Part shown: in pieces, positions 26,627-35,824 of the stretch
How positions within the stretch are numbered: position 1 is the first letter of the stretch
How the letters are laid out: every line of letters begins with the position of its first letter
Virus record (IMG/VR): IMGVR_UViG_3300036784_000146
Coordinates: 64,001 to 128,000 of that record
DNA length: 64,000 nt
Direction: 5' to 3' (one strand)
Source: a virus
Lineage: Duplodnaviria; Caudoviricetes
Notes under the pieces: generated by a model
What the model was told of the DNA's origin: nothing
Database searches by the model: none
Seen by the model: the letters and a program-made list of their open reading frames with translations, nothing else
Position numbers and translations under genes: made by a program

Positions 26627-29553
26627 TGGGGGTGTTGAACAGCCCGTGGCCGTGGATGCCACCCAAGAGCACCGAGCTGCTCTTAATGCACTGCGACGAC
26701 ACCGCGTACACGGCCACACCGGACACCGCCATGTACAAGCTGGTGGACGCGATCTGCGGCACCACCGGCGCCGGGGCATTGGTCAACCAGGTCTTCATCG
26801 CGCGGCTGGCCGGGGCTATGGAGACGATCTACTACGGCGACCTCGACTCGGTCTTCTCCAACATGCACTTCCTGGCGCGCGCGCCCGAGGAGTCCTACCC
26901 CTACAACCCCCTGACCGACATGCTCACCGCTAACCAGTGGAACGAGGTCAGAGTCAAAGACGCGTGGTACCGCGCGCGGGTGCGCGACCACTTCGTCGCG
27001 TGCGGGCTGGGCTCGACCGTCGAGGGCGTGCGGATGTGCGTGCAGGCCGCACTGTCGGTGGACTGCTATGTCTATGAGATCTGGCGCTACATGGACAATT
27101 TCGGGATCACCGCAGACCTGGGGCGCTCGCCGGTCAGCGTGCGCAACGAGCTGGTGATCCAGCCGCACAAGACGTCGCTGGCCCCCGACGAGATGCGGCT
27201 CGCGCGCGACATGCTCGCGATGTTCATGTCCCTGGACATCATCGTCACGATCAACGTCAACGGCATCCCGGTGCAGATCCCGGTCCCGATCACGGCGGCC
27301 GCCTCCGACTCGACCTACTACGAGGTCCAGAAGGTGGTCACCAACACCCCGTTGATAAGCCAGCTGCCGCCGCCGGAGCTGCTACCCATCGACCTGCTGC
27401 CGACCCAGACCTGGATGTACTCCAAGGACCCGACGCTGGCCCCCTACGCGGCGTTCAATATCTCGCAGGAGTATGGCTACTACTATCTGACCGGCGGGGG
27501 CGCGCGTTCGCCGATCGACTCGGTCTCTTACGGCACGATCAACACCTCGACGCCGGTGAAGGTCGCAGTCTTCGAGCTGTCGGGCACCTTCAATCTCGTG
27601 GGCAGCATTCCCGAGCCCGGGGCCGTGGTCACCAACTCGTGGTTCTCCACTCTTGACGGTGACTTCTTCCAGTGGATCCCGGTCAATTACTCCGCTGATC
27701 TCTACCCCATGAACACCAGCGTGGCTCAGGGCGTCACCAATCTGACGAATGCCATTAACGCCTGGACGGGCCCGTTTATCATCGTGGGCTACAGCCAGGG
27801 CGCAATCGTCGTCAGCAACGTCTACGACGAGATCCGAACCGGCTCGTTGCAAAATCGGCGGACCGATCTGCTGGCCGGGCTGGCCTACGGCAATCCCCGG
27901 CGTCAGGCCGGGCAGATCTTCCCCGGCGGGACCGACCCTGGCGGACACGGCATCATGAACTGGGCCCTGCTGGCCAACACCGAGCCCCTGTGGTGGGAGT
28001 TCGCCAACCCAGGTGACATCTCCTGCAACGTCTACGATGACCAGGCTGGCCAGGACCTCAGTACCTTGTTCGGGCTGATCTATGAGCACTACAACGGCAT
28101 TCTGTCGGTGATCGTCTCCCTGATCACTAGCGGCATTGCAGGAGCTGAGGCTCTGATCCAGAGCCTGCTGGACCTCTTCTACTTCGCGGAGCCCGGCGGT
28201 ACACATCCGCATGGGCAGTACCAAAACCCCGCCTACCAGCCGGTGGCCGGGGACTCGCGCGACCAGGTGCAGATCGGCCGCGACTACATCAACAGCCTGG
28301 CGTTGCCCAACTTGACCGCATTGAGCACCCTCGTGGCCTCCACCGCCACGGCGGTCACCGTCTACGAGGTCGACGAGATCACCACCGGCACACCGTCGAG
28401 CTGGTTCTCTGCCAATCTCGACCCTCGCATCCGCTACGTGTGGGTGCCCTACCCCTCGAACACCGAGCTGCCGTTGCAGGACGCGATCGACGCAGGTGTG
28501 TCTGCCCTTGTCACCATGATCAACAACAGCCCCGGCAAGTTCATCCTGCTGGGCACCGGCGAGGGCGCCATCGTCACCTCCAACGTCTACGACGAGCTGC
28601 GCACCGGCTACATGCAGCACCGAGATACCGATCTGCTGGCCGGTATCGCCATAGGCAACCCTCGTCGCGAGGCGGGTGTCATCGCGCCAGGCTGTACCGA
28701 CCCCGGCGGCCATGGCATCAGCGCCAACCGGCTGGCTGCCACCGACTCGTATTGGTGGGAGTTCGCCAATCCGGGCGACGTCCTGGCCACTACGGGTGAT
28801 GACGACAACGGAATTTGGACGACAACCCTGTTCGACGCGATAGTGGCCAGCTACGCGGGCGGGGACCCGAGCCCGATCACCAATGCCTATCCCAGTGCCG
28901 ACGTCAACATCTCGTTGATCATGCAGACCATCCTCAGCGTCGTCGTCAGCCAGGTCGGCTCGGCTCACACCACTTACCAGAGCAGCACCCCAATCGCTGG
29001 GGACAACCGCACCAGCTTCCAGATAGCGCGCGACTACATCAACACCTTCGCGGTGTTGTCGACGGCGTACGCGGCCGCCCCGGCCGATCCCATGCAGACC
29101 TACCTGCCTGCGCAGGACTTCGAGTCCTACGTCAACAACTCGCAGTTCGGGGCCTGGCAAACCTACGAGATCGTGGACAGCCCGGACAACTACCCGGGTG
29201 GCAAGTTCGGCAAGACCCCCAACGCCGCGCCGCCGATCAATCCCGACGGCACGCCGTACAACTTCCCTTGGCCGAGCCAGCAGGCCTACATCACCGCCAA
29301 GATGAACCAGGTGATATCGCTGGGCGGACAGGCCGACAACTACCACTACCGGATCCCGGTGGGTCAGGCCAGCATCACCAAGGAGGTCTTCCTGCCCGAA
29401 TACGCCATCGCCGCGACGGAGCCCACGATGGACTCCACCCTCTCGATGTCGCTGACGATGCTGCGACCTTCTCCCACGAGCCAGACCGGCTGGAATCAGG
29501 TCTTCGCCACCAGCGCGGCTGCACCGGCCGGGGCGGCGGGGAGCAGCGGCTGA
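26626..29553 (+). CDS. Baseplate wedge (gpI-like) protein with two inserted cutinase/LysB-like domains
   Basis: DAWYRARV..GSTVEGVRM gpI-like N-terminus; GYSQG..YGNPRR..PGD..H domain, then a GTGEG..IGNPRR..PGD..H copy. Confidence 0.8.
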   Translation: MGVLNSPWPWMPPKSTELLLMHCDDTAYTATPDTAMYKLVDAICGTTGAGALVNQVFIARLAGAMETIYYGDLDSVFSNMHFLARAPEESYPYNPLTDMLTANQWNEVRVKDAWYRARVRDHFVACGLGSTVEGVRMCVQAALSVDCYVYEIWRYMDNFGITADLGRSPVSVRNELVIQPHKTSLAPDEMRLARDMLAMFMSLDIIVTINVNGIPVQIPVPITAAASDSTYYEVQKVVTNTPLISQLPPPELLPIDLLPTQTWMYSKDPTLAPYAAFNISQEYGYYYLTGGGARSPIDSVSYGTINTSTPVKVAVFELSGTFNLVGSIPEPGAVVTNSWFSTLDGDFFQWIPVNYSADLYPMNTSVAQGVTNLTNAINAWTGPFIIVGYSQGAIVVSNVYDEIRTGSLQNRRTDLLAGLAYGNPRRQAGQIFPGGTDPGGHGIMNWALLANTEPLWWEFANPGDISCNVYDDQAGQDLSTLFGLIYEHYNGILSVIVSLITSGIAGAEALIQSLLDLFYFAEPGGTHPHGQYQNPAYQPVAGDSRDQVQIGRDYINSLALPNLTALSTLVASTATAVTVYEVDEITTGTPSSWFSANLDPRIRYVWVPYPSNTELPLQDAIDAGVSALVTMINNSPGKFILLGTGEGAIVTSNVYDELRTGYMQHRDTDLLAGIAIGNPRREAGVIAPGCTDPGGHGISANRLAATDSYWWEFANPGDVLATTGDDDNGIWTTTLFDAIVASYAGGDPSPITNAYPSADVNISLIMQTILSVVVSQVGSAHTTYQSSTPIAGDNRTSFQIARDYINTFAVLSTAYAAAPADPMQTYLPAQDFESYVNNSQFGAWQTYEIVDSPDNYPGGKFGKTPNAAPPINPDGTPYNFPWPSQQAYITAKMNQVISLGGQADNYHYRIPVGQASITKEVFLPEYAIAATEPTMDSTLSMSLTMLRPSPTSQTGWNQVFATSAAAPAGAAGSSG

Positions 29554-32500
29554 TGGCTGCCTCACCCCTACAGGGGATGTTCCTCAACTTCCACTGGCCG
29601 CTACCGCTGGTGAACCTGGTCCAGGACCTGATCGGCAAGCAGCAGTCGGCGCCCAATACCCCGCAGATCACCACCAGCGCGGCGGGCAGCGCATCGTCGG
29701 CACCTCAGGTCTGGTTCTCTCAGCCCCGCTCGGCCACCGACCCGACCATCGAGGTGCTGACCGTCAATTTCAAACTCCCACTCTCGATCGGCGAGTTCTC
29801 CATCGAGATCCTGCGCGTCTCGTGCACCTTCCAAGTCTGGTACCAGGACCGCAACAACAACTGGATCCAGATGCGCGACGAGAGCTACCAGCCGATGCAG
29901 ATCACGCTGTCCTCGTCTCAGGAGGTGAGCTGGTACAAGTACCACGTCTATACCTATCAGATCGTCGCGAAGGCGGTGCAGTTCCGCATCTCGCGCAACC
30001 CCGACCTCATATTGGGCAACCAGCCGTTCAACATCGGTCTGCAGAACGGGCTGATCCGGCGCAACATCTATGCCCTGTCCGACGGCACTCAGGCCATGGA
30101 GCCCGAGCAGGACGCGTTGGGAAACGTCATCGCCAAGTACATCCAGGACTGGGGCGCCTCCGACGCGATCGACGACGAGCCCTTCACCTTCTGGCGCAGC
30201 GCTCCCCAGCCTGACCCGCAGGCCGTGGTGTCGCTCTACCTGGACCTGCGTAACCCCGACGGCACGCCGCAGCTGATTGACACGCTCTATATCGACCCGG
30301 TCTACATCAACCAGAACCTCAACCTCTACTACTCGGTCGACGACACCGTGGGGACCCGTAACCTGTCGCCGGTCAGCCTGCCTCCCGACATCGACGAGAA
30401 CACCCAGTGGACGGCCGGATCGGGTCTCTCCGACATCTCTGCGACCGGGGGCACCAGTCTCTATCAGATAGCGCTGGCGATCGGCCCACAGCTGTCTCAG
30501 CCCGTCTGGATGGGTATCCAATGGGCGCCCGACTTCGACGTGCTTACTGGTGCACCGCCGAACAACCCCATCCTGTTCGGGGTGTCTCCGGGGCTGAACG
30601 CCGTGCAGACCATCTCCATCGTGGGGGACGCCGTCGGCGGGTCCTTCGAGCTGAGTCTGGACGGCACCAACTACAGCGCCTCGATCGCTAACAACGCGAC
30701 CGGTGACGCCATGCAGACCGCGCTGGCAGCGCTCGCGGCGATCGGTACCGGTAATGTGTTGGTGGCCGGAGACCCAGGTGGCCCGTGGACGGTGAACTTC
30801 CAGAACCAGCTGGGTCAGCAGGCGGTGCCCGACCTGCAGGTGGTCAACTCCCTGACCGGCGCCCCGCAGCCCAAGGTCAACGTACAGACCACCACCGCCG
30901 GGTACTCGCCGCCCAACGCCGGGGGGAGTCAGTACTGGCCCCGGGTGTACTTCGATGCCGGTGCCTCTGAGATCGCGCTCGAACTGACCAACGGCCAGGA
31001 CACGCAGCTCTTTACGGTGCCGCTGTCCCCGCTGCCCACTCAGTACACCCCGATGCGCATCGTGGTCGGCTGGGTCTACGAGCCCACCCCGCAGGTCTTC
31101 CTGTCGGTCACGCGGCCCGACGGACAGCTCATGGCCGACTCCACCCAGAGCGCGCCCCATCTGCCCACCCAGATCACGCTGGACGGCGAGGTAGGCTACC
31201 AGGACTTCCGAGGCAACATGACTGCGCTCGTGGTCAAGCTCGGCAACTGGGCCAACGGGTACCGGGCGTTTCAGGCCAACCCGGCGATGTACGTCAACCC
31301 CGACCCGGTGCAACCTGACCCCAACACCGGTATCGTGCCGTCGACCACGCTCGACGATGCGGTGCTGGCGGTCGACTGGACGCTGCAGGACACACCGATC
31401 GGCGGCGGGCACGCCAGCTTCTACACCTCCAAGATCTGGACGCCGATCTTCGCCAACTATGTCACCCAGAAGGGCAAGTTCTACTTCCCCAAGCCGGTGA
31501 TGGTGAAGTACCTGCAGCTAGAGTTCTCCAACCTCACCCAGGAGAGCTACCCGGTCTACGACTCGGGCATCAAGGTGATGTACCAGGTCTTCCCGATCTC
31601 GGTGAGCCAGACCCAGACCAAGCCGACGCTGGGCAGCATCATCAACGGTCTGGTATCGATCGGCGGCCAGATCCTCACCGGTGGCATCGGCAGCGTCAAC
31701 TGGCTCAACCCCTCGACGATCACTGCTGCGGTCAACTCAGTGTTCGGTCAGACAGTGTCGCCGATCAGCGTGCAGGTGGGTCCGGGCTATACCACGAGCA
31801 CCGCACCGGCCATTCCCAACACGCTGGGCTCCTCGGCCTCAGACATCGTTCCTGAGATATCCAGCCCGTGGGTCTACCGGCGTCAGCTGCCCAACGTGGC
31901 CGTGCTGGCCGCCCAGCAGCTCGGTGGCTTCCTGAACAACGTCGGCGCCCAGGTGGTCAACCCGTTGATCAACGGCATCGCCTCGACGATCGCGGGGGCC
32001 TTCAGCCCGCTGATTAACTTCTCGCCGTCCTCGACGTCGCTGCCGCTGCAGGGCTCGGACTTCTGGGTGGTCCCGGGTCAGACCCTGGCGATAGCGGCCA
32101 CCGTCATGCAGGGGCTCACCCAGGTCACCAGCACGCTGCTGAACCCCACGCCGGACACCACCACCCGGCTGCGGTTCACCACGACCAGCGTGCACGAGTA
32201 CCAGATCAAGACGGCGATACGTGATGCCGCCATCGCCTACTTCGCCGGGATCCGCGAGGTGCAGGCGTTCCGCACCACCTACATCTCCACCCAGGATCCA
32301 CCGAACTTCCAGTTCAACCCGTACGACCCAAATCAGTTCATCTACAACAACATTCGGCAGCTGACCAGCGGGCCCATCTCCACGGCCGGGATCACCTACG
32401 AGATCCAGAATCCGTTGTTCGACACCACGCTGGACGAGTGGGACCAGGCCCAGGGCAGCTGGTCGGTCGACCCGGCGATGGGCCGCTACCACTACGGCTC

Positions 32501-33734
32501 GGCCAAGGTCACCGCCGCCGGGACCGAGAAGGAGTTGCTCTCCGCCCTGATCACCGCGTGGCCGAACGTCACGCCGGGCGCCAATTTCGGGGCCAGCGTG
32601 TGGGTGCAGTGGCAGGGCGCAGTCACCAATGCCTCCACGCAGTCGGTGCAGCTGCAGGCCAACTTCTATGACGCCGACGGCAACTTCCTGTCCCAGCAGA
32701 TCGCGAGCATGGACGCGCCGGGCACCACGAACATGTGGGACGTCACAGGTGAAGGCGGGGCACAGCTCACCGGCACCTTCCAGGTCCCCACTCTGGGCGC
32801 CCAGATCAAGCTCGGGCTGGTGGTCACCCCCGACATGACCGCCGGGCAGGTGTGGTTCGACACGGTGCTGATCTACTCCACCGACCAGGTGGAGGGCACC
32901 ACTTTCATCGACCTGATTACCCAGTCCACCTTCGTCAAGGTCGACTGCCAGTTCAACGATTCGGGCACGGTGCGCTCTGACGACATGTGGGCCGACGCCG
33001 ACCCGCTCAACACCAACATCAGCTCGACCGCACTGGCCTGGTACACCGACACCATCCCGCCGCGTAGCGGGCTTCCCGGGGGCACCTGGGCCTCGGACAA
33101 CACGATGTGGGCCGACCCGACCACCGTCTGGGGAGAGCCGTTCGCCGAGGTGGCGATCAACGTCGACCCGAACATGACCTACCAGGGCAAGCGGGTCCTG
33201 CACATCACGCGCGCGGCCGGATACGGCGAGGCCGGGATCGCGGTCCGGCAGGTCACCGGCTTCGTACCCAATGGCCTCTTCCGGCTGAACCTGATCTACC
33301 AGAAGCCGGTCGCTGACAGCGACCAGATCATCCTGCGGCTGCGCCGGGTGAGCGACGGCGTCTACATCTACGAGTACACCTTCAACCCCAACACTCACCC
33401 CGGCGCCACGGGCTTCTGGTACGAGCTGCAGACCGACTTCCAGGAGCTGCCGGACGTCAACGACCAGATCTACACGCTGGAAGCGGTGGTCAGCGGGGAC
33501 GCGGGCGGGGACTTCTACATCAACGATGCCTGGGTCGAGGTGGCCCAAATCCGCTACTTCTGCAGGCTCGGTGGCGAGAGCCAGTTCCTGCACGACGTGA
33601 CCGCGCTGCGGTACACAGACACGGCCATCGTGTCGGCCACCCAGCCGGTGAACGAGGTCACCATGCAGTCGGCGATCCTCAGCCCCACAGCCTGGGCCTA
33701 CTCTGCGGTCCTTACGCCCAACTACCTGAAGTGA
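29553..33734 (+). CDS. Large minor tail/baseplate protein with carbohydrate-binding-like domains
   Basis: TGATG overlap at 29553; beta-rich; NPLFD...VWFDTV CBM-like module; last gene of the virion operon. Confidence 0.7.
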   Translation: MAASPLQGMFLNFHWPLPLVNLVQDLIGKQQSAPNTPQITTSAAGSASSAPQVWFSQPRSATDPTIEVLTVNFKLPLSIGEFSIEILRVSCTFQVWYQDRNNNWIQMRDESYQPMQITLSSSQEVSWYKYHVYTYQIVAKAVQFRISRNPDLILGNQPFNIGLQNGLIRRNIYALSDGTQAMEPEQDALGNVIAKYIQDWGASDAIDDEPFTFWRSAPQPDPQAVVSLYLDLRNPDGTPQLIDTLYIDPVYINQNLNLYYSVDDTVGTRNLSPVSLPPDIDENTQWTAGSGLSDISATGGTSLYQIALAIGPQLSQPVWMGIQWAPDFDVLTGAPPNNPILFGVSPGLNAVQTISIVGDAVGGSFELSLDGTNYSASIANNATGDAMQTALAALAAIGTGNVLVAGDPGGPWTVNFQNQLGQQAVPDLQVVNSLTGAPQPKVNVQTTTAGYSPPNAGGSQYWPRVYFDAGASEIALELTNGQDTQLFTVPLSPLPTQYTPMRIVVGWVYEPTPQVFLSVTRPDGQLMADSTQSAPHLPTQITLDGEVGYQDFRGNMTALVVKLGNWANGYRAFQANPAMYVNPDPVQPDPNTGIVPSTTLDDAVLAVDWTLQDTPIGGGHASFYTSKIWTPIFANYVTQKGKFYFPKPVMVKYLQLEFSNLTQESYPVYDSGIKVMYQVFPISVSQTQTKPTLGSIINGLVSIGGQILTGGIGSVNWLNPSTITAAVNSVFGQTVSPISVQVGPGYTTSTAPAIPNTLGSSASDIVPEISSPWVYRRQLPNVAVLAAQQLGGFLNNVGAQVVNPLINGIASTIAGAFSPLINFSPSSTSLPLQGSDFWVVPGQTLAIAATVMQGLTQVTSTLLNPTPDTTTRLRFTTTSVHEYQIKTAIRDAAIAYFAGIREVQAFRTTYISTQDPPNFQFNPYDPNQFIYNNIRQLTSGPISTAGITYEIQNPLFDTTLDEWDQAQGSWSVDPAMGRYHYGSAKVTAAGTEKELLSALITAWPNVTPGANFGASVWVQWQGAVTNASTQSVQLQANFYDADGNFLSQQIASMDAPGTTNMWDVTGEGGAQLTGTFQVPTLGAQIKLGLVVTPDMTAGQVWFDTVLIYSTDQVEGTTFIDLITQSTFVKVDCQFNDSGTVRSDDMWADADPLNTNISSTALAWYTDTIPPRSGLPGGTWASDNTMWADPTTVWGEPFAEVAINVDPNMTYQGKRVLHITRAAGYGEAGIAVRQVTGFVPNGLFRLNLIYQKPVADSDQIILRLRRVSDGVYIYEYTFNPNTHPGATGFWYELQTDFQELPDVNDQIYTLEAVVSGDAGGDFYINDAWVEVAQIRYFCRLGGESQFLHDVTALRYTDTAIVSATQPVNEVTMQSAILSPTAWAYSAVLTPNYLK

Positions 33735-33738
33735 TGCG

Positions 33739-33954
33739 CTAGTCCCGATCGGGATAGAACACCCACTCCCCGGGATCGTCAGGATCTAAGACGTCCACGG
33801 TGAGGTCGTTGTCGGCCGGACCTTTCGTTCCGTAGGTGAAGGTGAGCAGGGTGCGGTCGTCCCCAAGGGGCTCGGTCTTGGTGACCGTGGCGTAGCCGAC
33901 TCTCATCCGGATCCGGTCCCCAGGTTTCAATTCATCCGCGCGTTTGAGGGCCAT
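33739..33954 (-). CDS. Small SH3/KOW-like beta protein, probably leaderless
   Basis: ADELKPGDRI motif; TAGGCT -10 hexamer 6 nt before ATG. Confidence 0.65.
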   Translation of the reverse strand: MALKRADELKPGDRIRMRVGYATVTKTEPLGDDRTLLTFTYGTKGPADNDLTVDVLDPDDPGEWVFYPDRD

Positions 33955-33962
33955 CCCTCTAG

Positions 33963-34010
33963 CCTAGGAATATACCTGTCAGGTACACTGTTCCTGTACG
34001 TGGAAGGGAG
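33963..34010 (+). promoter_or_regulatory. 48-bp promoter/operator/RBS repeat, copy 1
   Basis: 45/48 identical to 35768-35815; palindrome TACCTG-T-CAGGTA overlapping TACACT. Confidence 0.8.
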
Positions 34011-34018
34011 GTGCGGGC

Positions 34019-34213
34019 ATGAAGTTCATCAGGGAAGCGCCCGGCCAGTACGTCTGTGGCGAGTATCGACTCAACCGGACACGCGAAGGCAGCCTCTACT
34101 CCAACGAGATCATGTGGACGGTCCGTTGCGGCGAGGAGCATCTCGCCAACGTCGGCACGCTGAAAGAGGCCAAGGTCGTTGCGGCCGCGTTTGAGCAAGG
34201 AGTCAGGCAATGA
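34019..34213 (+). CDS. Hypothetical protein
   Basis: RBS GGAAGGGAGG; ATGA overlap downstream. Confidence 0.65.
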   Translation: MKFIREAPGQYVCGEYRLNRTREGSLYSNEIMWTVRCGEEHLANVGTLKEAKVVAAAFEQGVRQ

Positions 34214-34371
34214 AGATGATGGGCCGCGCCCACCAGAACAGCAGGAACACCAAGGTTGAGTGCAACTGCGGCCGCCGGATGTGCTCCCGGCTGCGGGCCT
34301 TTTACCGACGGGAGCAACGACGCATCGAGCGCCAAGGGGTGGCGCGTGAGATCAGGGAGGCACAACGATGA
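34210..34371 (+). CDS. 53-aa basic Cys-containing protein (not in ORF track)
   Basis: ATGA overlaps at both ends; RBS AAGGAG. Confidence 0.6.
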   Translation: MKMMGRAHQNSRNTKVECNCGRRMCSRLRAFYRREQRRIERQGVAREIREAQR

Positions 34372-34829
34372 AAGACCAACTACGTGAGCTTGGAGCCCGC
34401 AAGGCTGTCGCCGAGTTGCATCCCGAGCTGCACGCCGAGTTCCGCGCCGCCTGGGCGGCTGGCATGAGCAAGGCCGAGGCCTCCGACTGGGCCTACCGTC
34501 TGGGCCGTTTGCCGGATGCCGAGTCCAGCACCTACACCTTGGGCCTGCGTGAGGCCCGAGAGAAGGGTTGGGGCGATGACCTCGCTGGCATGCACCCCCG
34601 TCAAGCGCAAGTCCTGGTCGAGGTCCCCTCTGAGGATCGAGCTGCCGTGGCGTCCAGCGCGCATCTGATGCAGAACCTGACCGGCGGCATCTTCTCGGGT
34701 TGCCTGCAGAGTTGCGTGGCCGAGTACAAGCGGGTGGGGGCCGAACAGATGGCTCGCCAAGACCGTCTCACCAACGCCCGGCTGATGGGCTGGAACGTGG
34801 ACGAGGAAGGGCGTCGGATCGACGCGTGA
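34368..34829 (+). CDS. Hypothetical protein
   Basis: RBS AGGGAGG; overlap. Confidence 0.65.
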   Translation: MKDQLRELGARKAVAELHPELHAEFRAAWAAGMSKAEASDWAYRLGRLPDAESSTYTLGLREAREKGWGDDLAGMHPRQAQVLVEVPSEDRAAVASSAHLMQNLTGGIFSGCLQSCVAEYKRVGAEQMARQDRLTNARLMGWNVDEEGRRIDA

Positions 34830-34840
34830 GAGGAGGAGCG

Positions 34841-34990
34841 ATGCCAAAGCTGAGCGCGGCCGAGCTGGCCCACAAGGAGCGTGTGCGCCGGTGGGTCGAG
34901 GTCCGGCCGAAGTCCAAGAGGATGCCCGCCGGGCGTCCCGACAAGCACCCCGGAAAGGGGAATCGCAACCGATGGAAGGAGATGCGATGA
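34841..34990 (+). CDS. 49-aa basic protein
   Basis: RBS AGGAGGAG; ATGA overlap. Confidence 0.6.
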   Translation: MPKLSAAELAHKERVRRWVEVRPKSKRMPAGRPDKHPGKGNRNRWKEMR

Positions 34991-35229
34991 CCAAAGTTCT
35001 CAACATCAAGAAGACCGGTGGCATCGCGGGCCAGATCCGCTACACCGCCGTCGTCCAGTACCCCGGTGAGGACAGCTCGACGGTGTCCTTCGTCGGCAGC
35101 GTCTACGGCGGGCCCGTGGTGATGGTCACCGAGGGCTGGCCGGACGGCATCTTCGTCACCGAGCCCGGCCAGTACGGCAAGTTCGGGCCGAGCTGGGTCC
35201 GCAACTTCTTCGGAAAAGAGCGACCGTGA
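34987..35229 (+). CDS. Hypothetical protein
   Basis: RBS AAGGAG; overlaps. Confidence 0.65.
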   Translation: MTKVLNIKKTGGIAGQIRYTAVVQYPGEDSSTVSFVGSVYGGPVVMVTEGWPDGIFVTEPGQYGKFGPSWVRNFFGKERP

Positions 35230-35528
35230 GGCGAGTAGTGCAGGGGGTTCCCCTGGTGCGCCGGGACGGGATGTGGCATACCGAAGACGGCCGCTACACC
35301 GTCAGCATGGACTACGCGGCCACCACATACTGCGATGCCCCGCATCCGGTACGCACCGGCCGGGGGCGGGGATACCAATGCCCCGGCGACGAGGAACACG
35401 CTCACCCACTCTGGAACGTGTGGGACAACCAGTCGGATGACCACGCCTTCGGCGCCGTCTACGAAACGATGCGCGAGGCCGTCCATGTCTTGGCCGAACA
35501 CCTGAAGGGAGAGGTCGTCAGTAATTGA
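35226..35528 (+). CDS. Hypothetical protein
   Basis: GTGA overlap; codon bias. Confidence 0.6.
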   Translation: MRRVVQGVPLVRRDGMWHTEDGRYTVSMDYAATTYCDAPHPVRTGRGRGYQCPGDEEHAHPLWNVWDNQSDDHAFGAVYETMREAVHVLAEHLKGEVVSN

Positions 35529-35554
35529 CTCCTGTTGAATACCGGTGTTAACTT
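35525..35554 (+). promoter_or_regulatory. SigA-like promoter TTGACT-N18-TAACTT
   Basis: Near-consensus hexamers; ATG 6 nt after the -10. Confidence 0.55.
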
Positions 35555-35560
35555 CTGATC

Positions 35561-35671
35561 ATGATCGTTGGTCTGGACTTCCTTGCTGTCGCAATCCTTG
35601 TGGCCGTAGTGATCTACCTCGACCGTCGTGTGGCGCGATCGGTGCAAGCCGACCGCAACCCCGTCGCCTGA
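35561..35671 (+). CDS. 36-aa single-TM peptide, leaderless (not in ORF track)
   Basis: MIVGLDFLAVAILVAVVIYLDRRVARSVQADRNPVA. Confidence 0.55.
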   Translation: MIVGLDFLAVAILVAVVIYLDRRVARSVQADRNPVA

Positions 35672-35699
35672 CTCGTCGAGTAGCGCGCGTCTCACGCCG

Positions 35700-35730
35700 C
35701 GACCGGGGCTGCCGGTCGATCTCTCTTTTT
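35700..35730 (+). terminator. Intrinsic terminator
   Basis: CGACCGG-ggctg-CCGGTCG followed by atctctcTTTTT. Confidence 0.55.
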
Positions 35731-35767
35731 CCCAAACCCAGCTGAAACCCTGGCGTCTTGGGGCTTC

Positions 35768-35819
35768 CCTAGGAATATACCTGTGAGGTAAACTGTTCCT
35801 GTAAGTGGAAGGGAGACAC
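35768..35819 (+). promoter_or_regulatory. 48-bp promoter/operator/RBS repeat, copy 2
   Basis: CCTAGGAATATACCTGTGAGGTAAACTGTTCCTGTAAGTGGAAGGGAG followed by ACAC. Confidence 0.8.
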
Positions 35820-35824
35820 ACGCC

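Noticed and set aside
33739-33954. Intein/Hint fragment (ADELKPGDRI)
   Set aside because: No N-terminal Cys/Ser, TxxH or terminal HN; better read as an SH3/KOW-like domain
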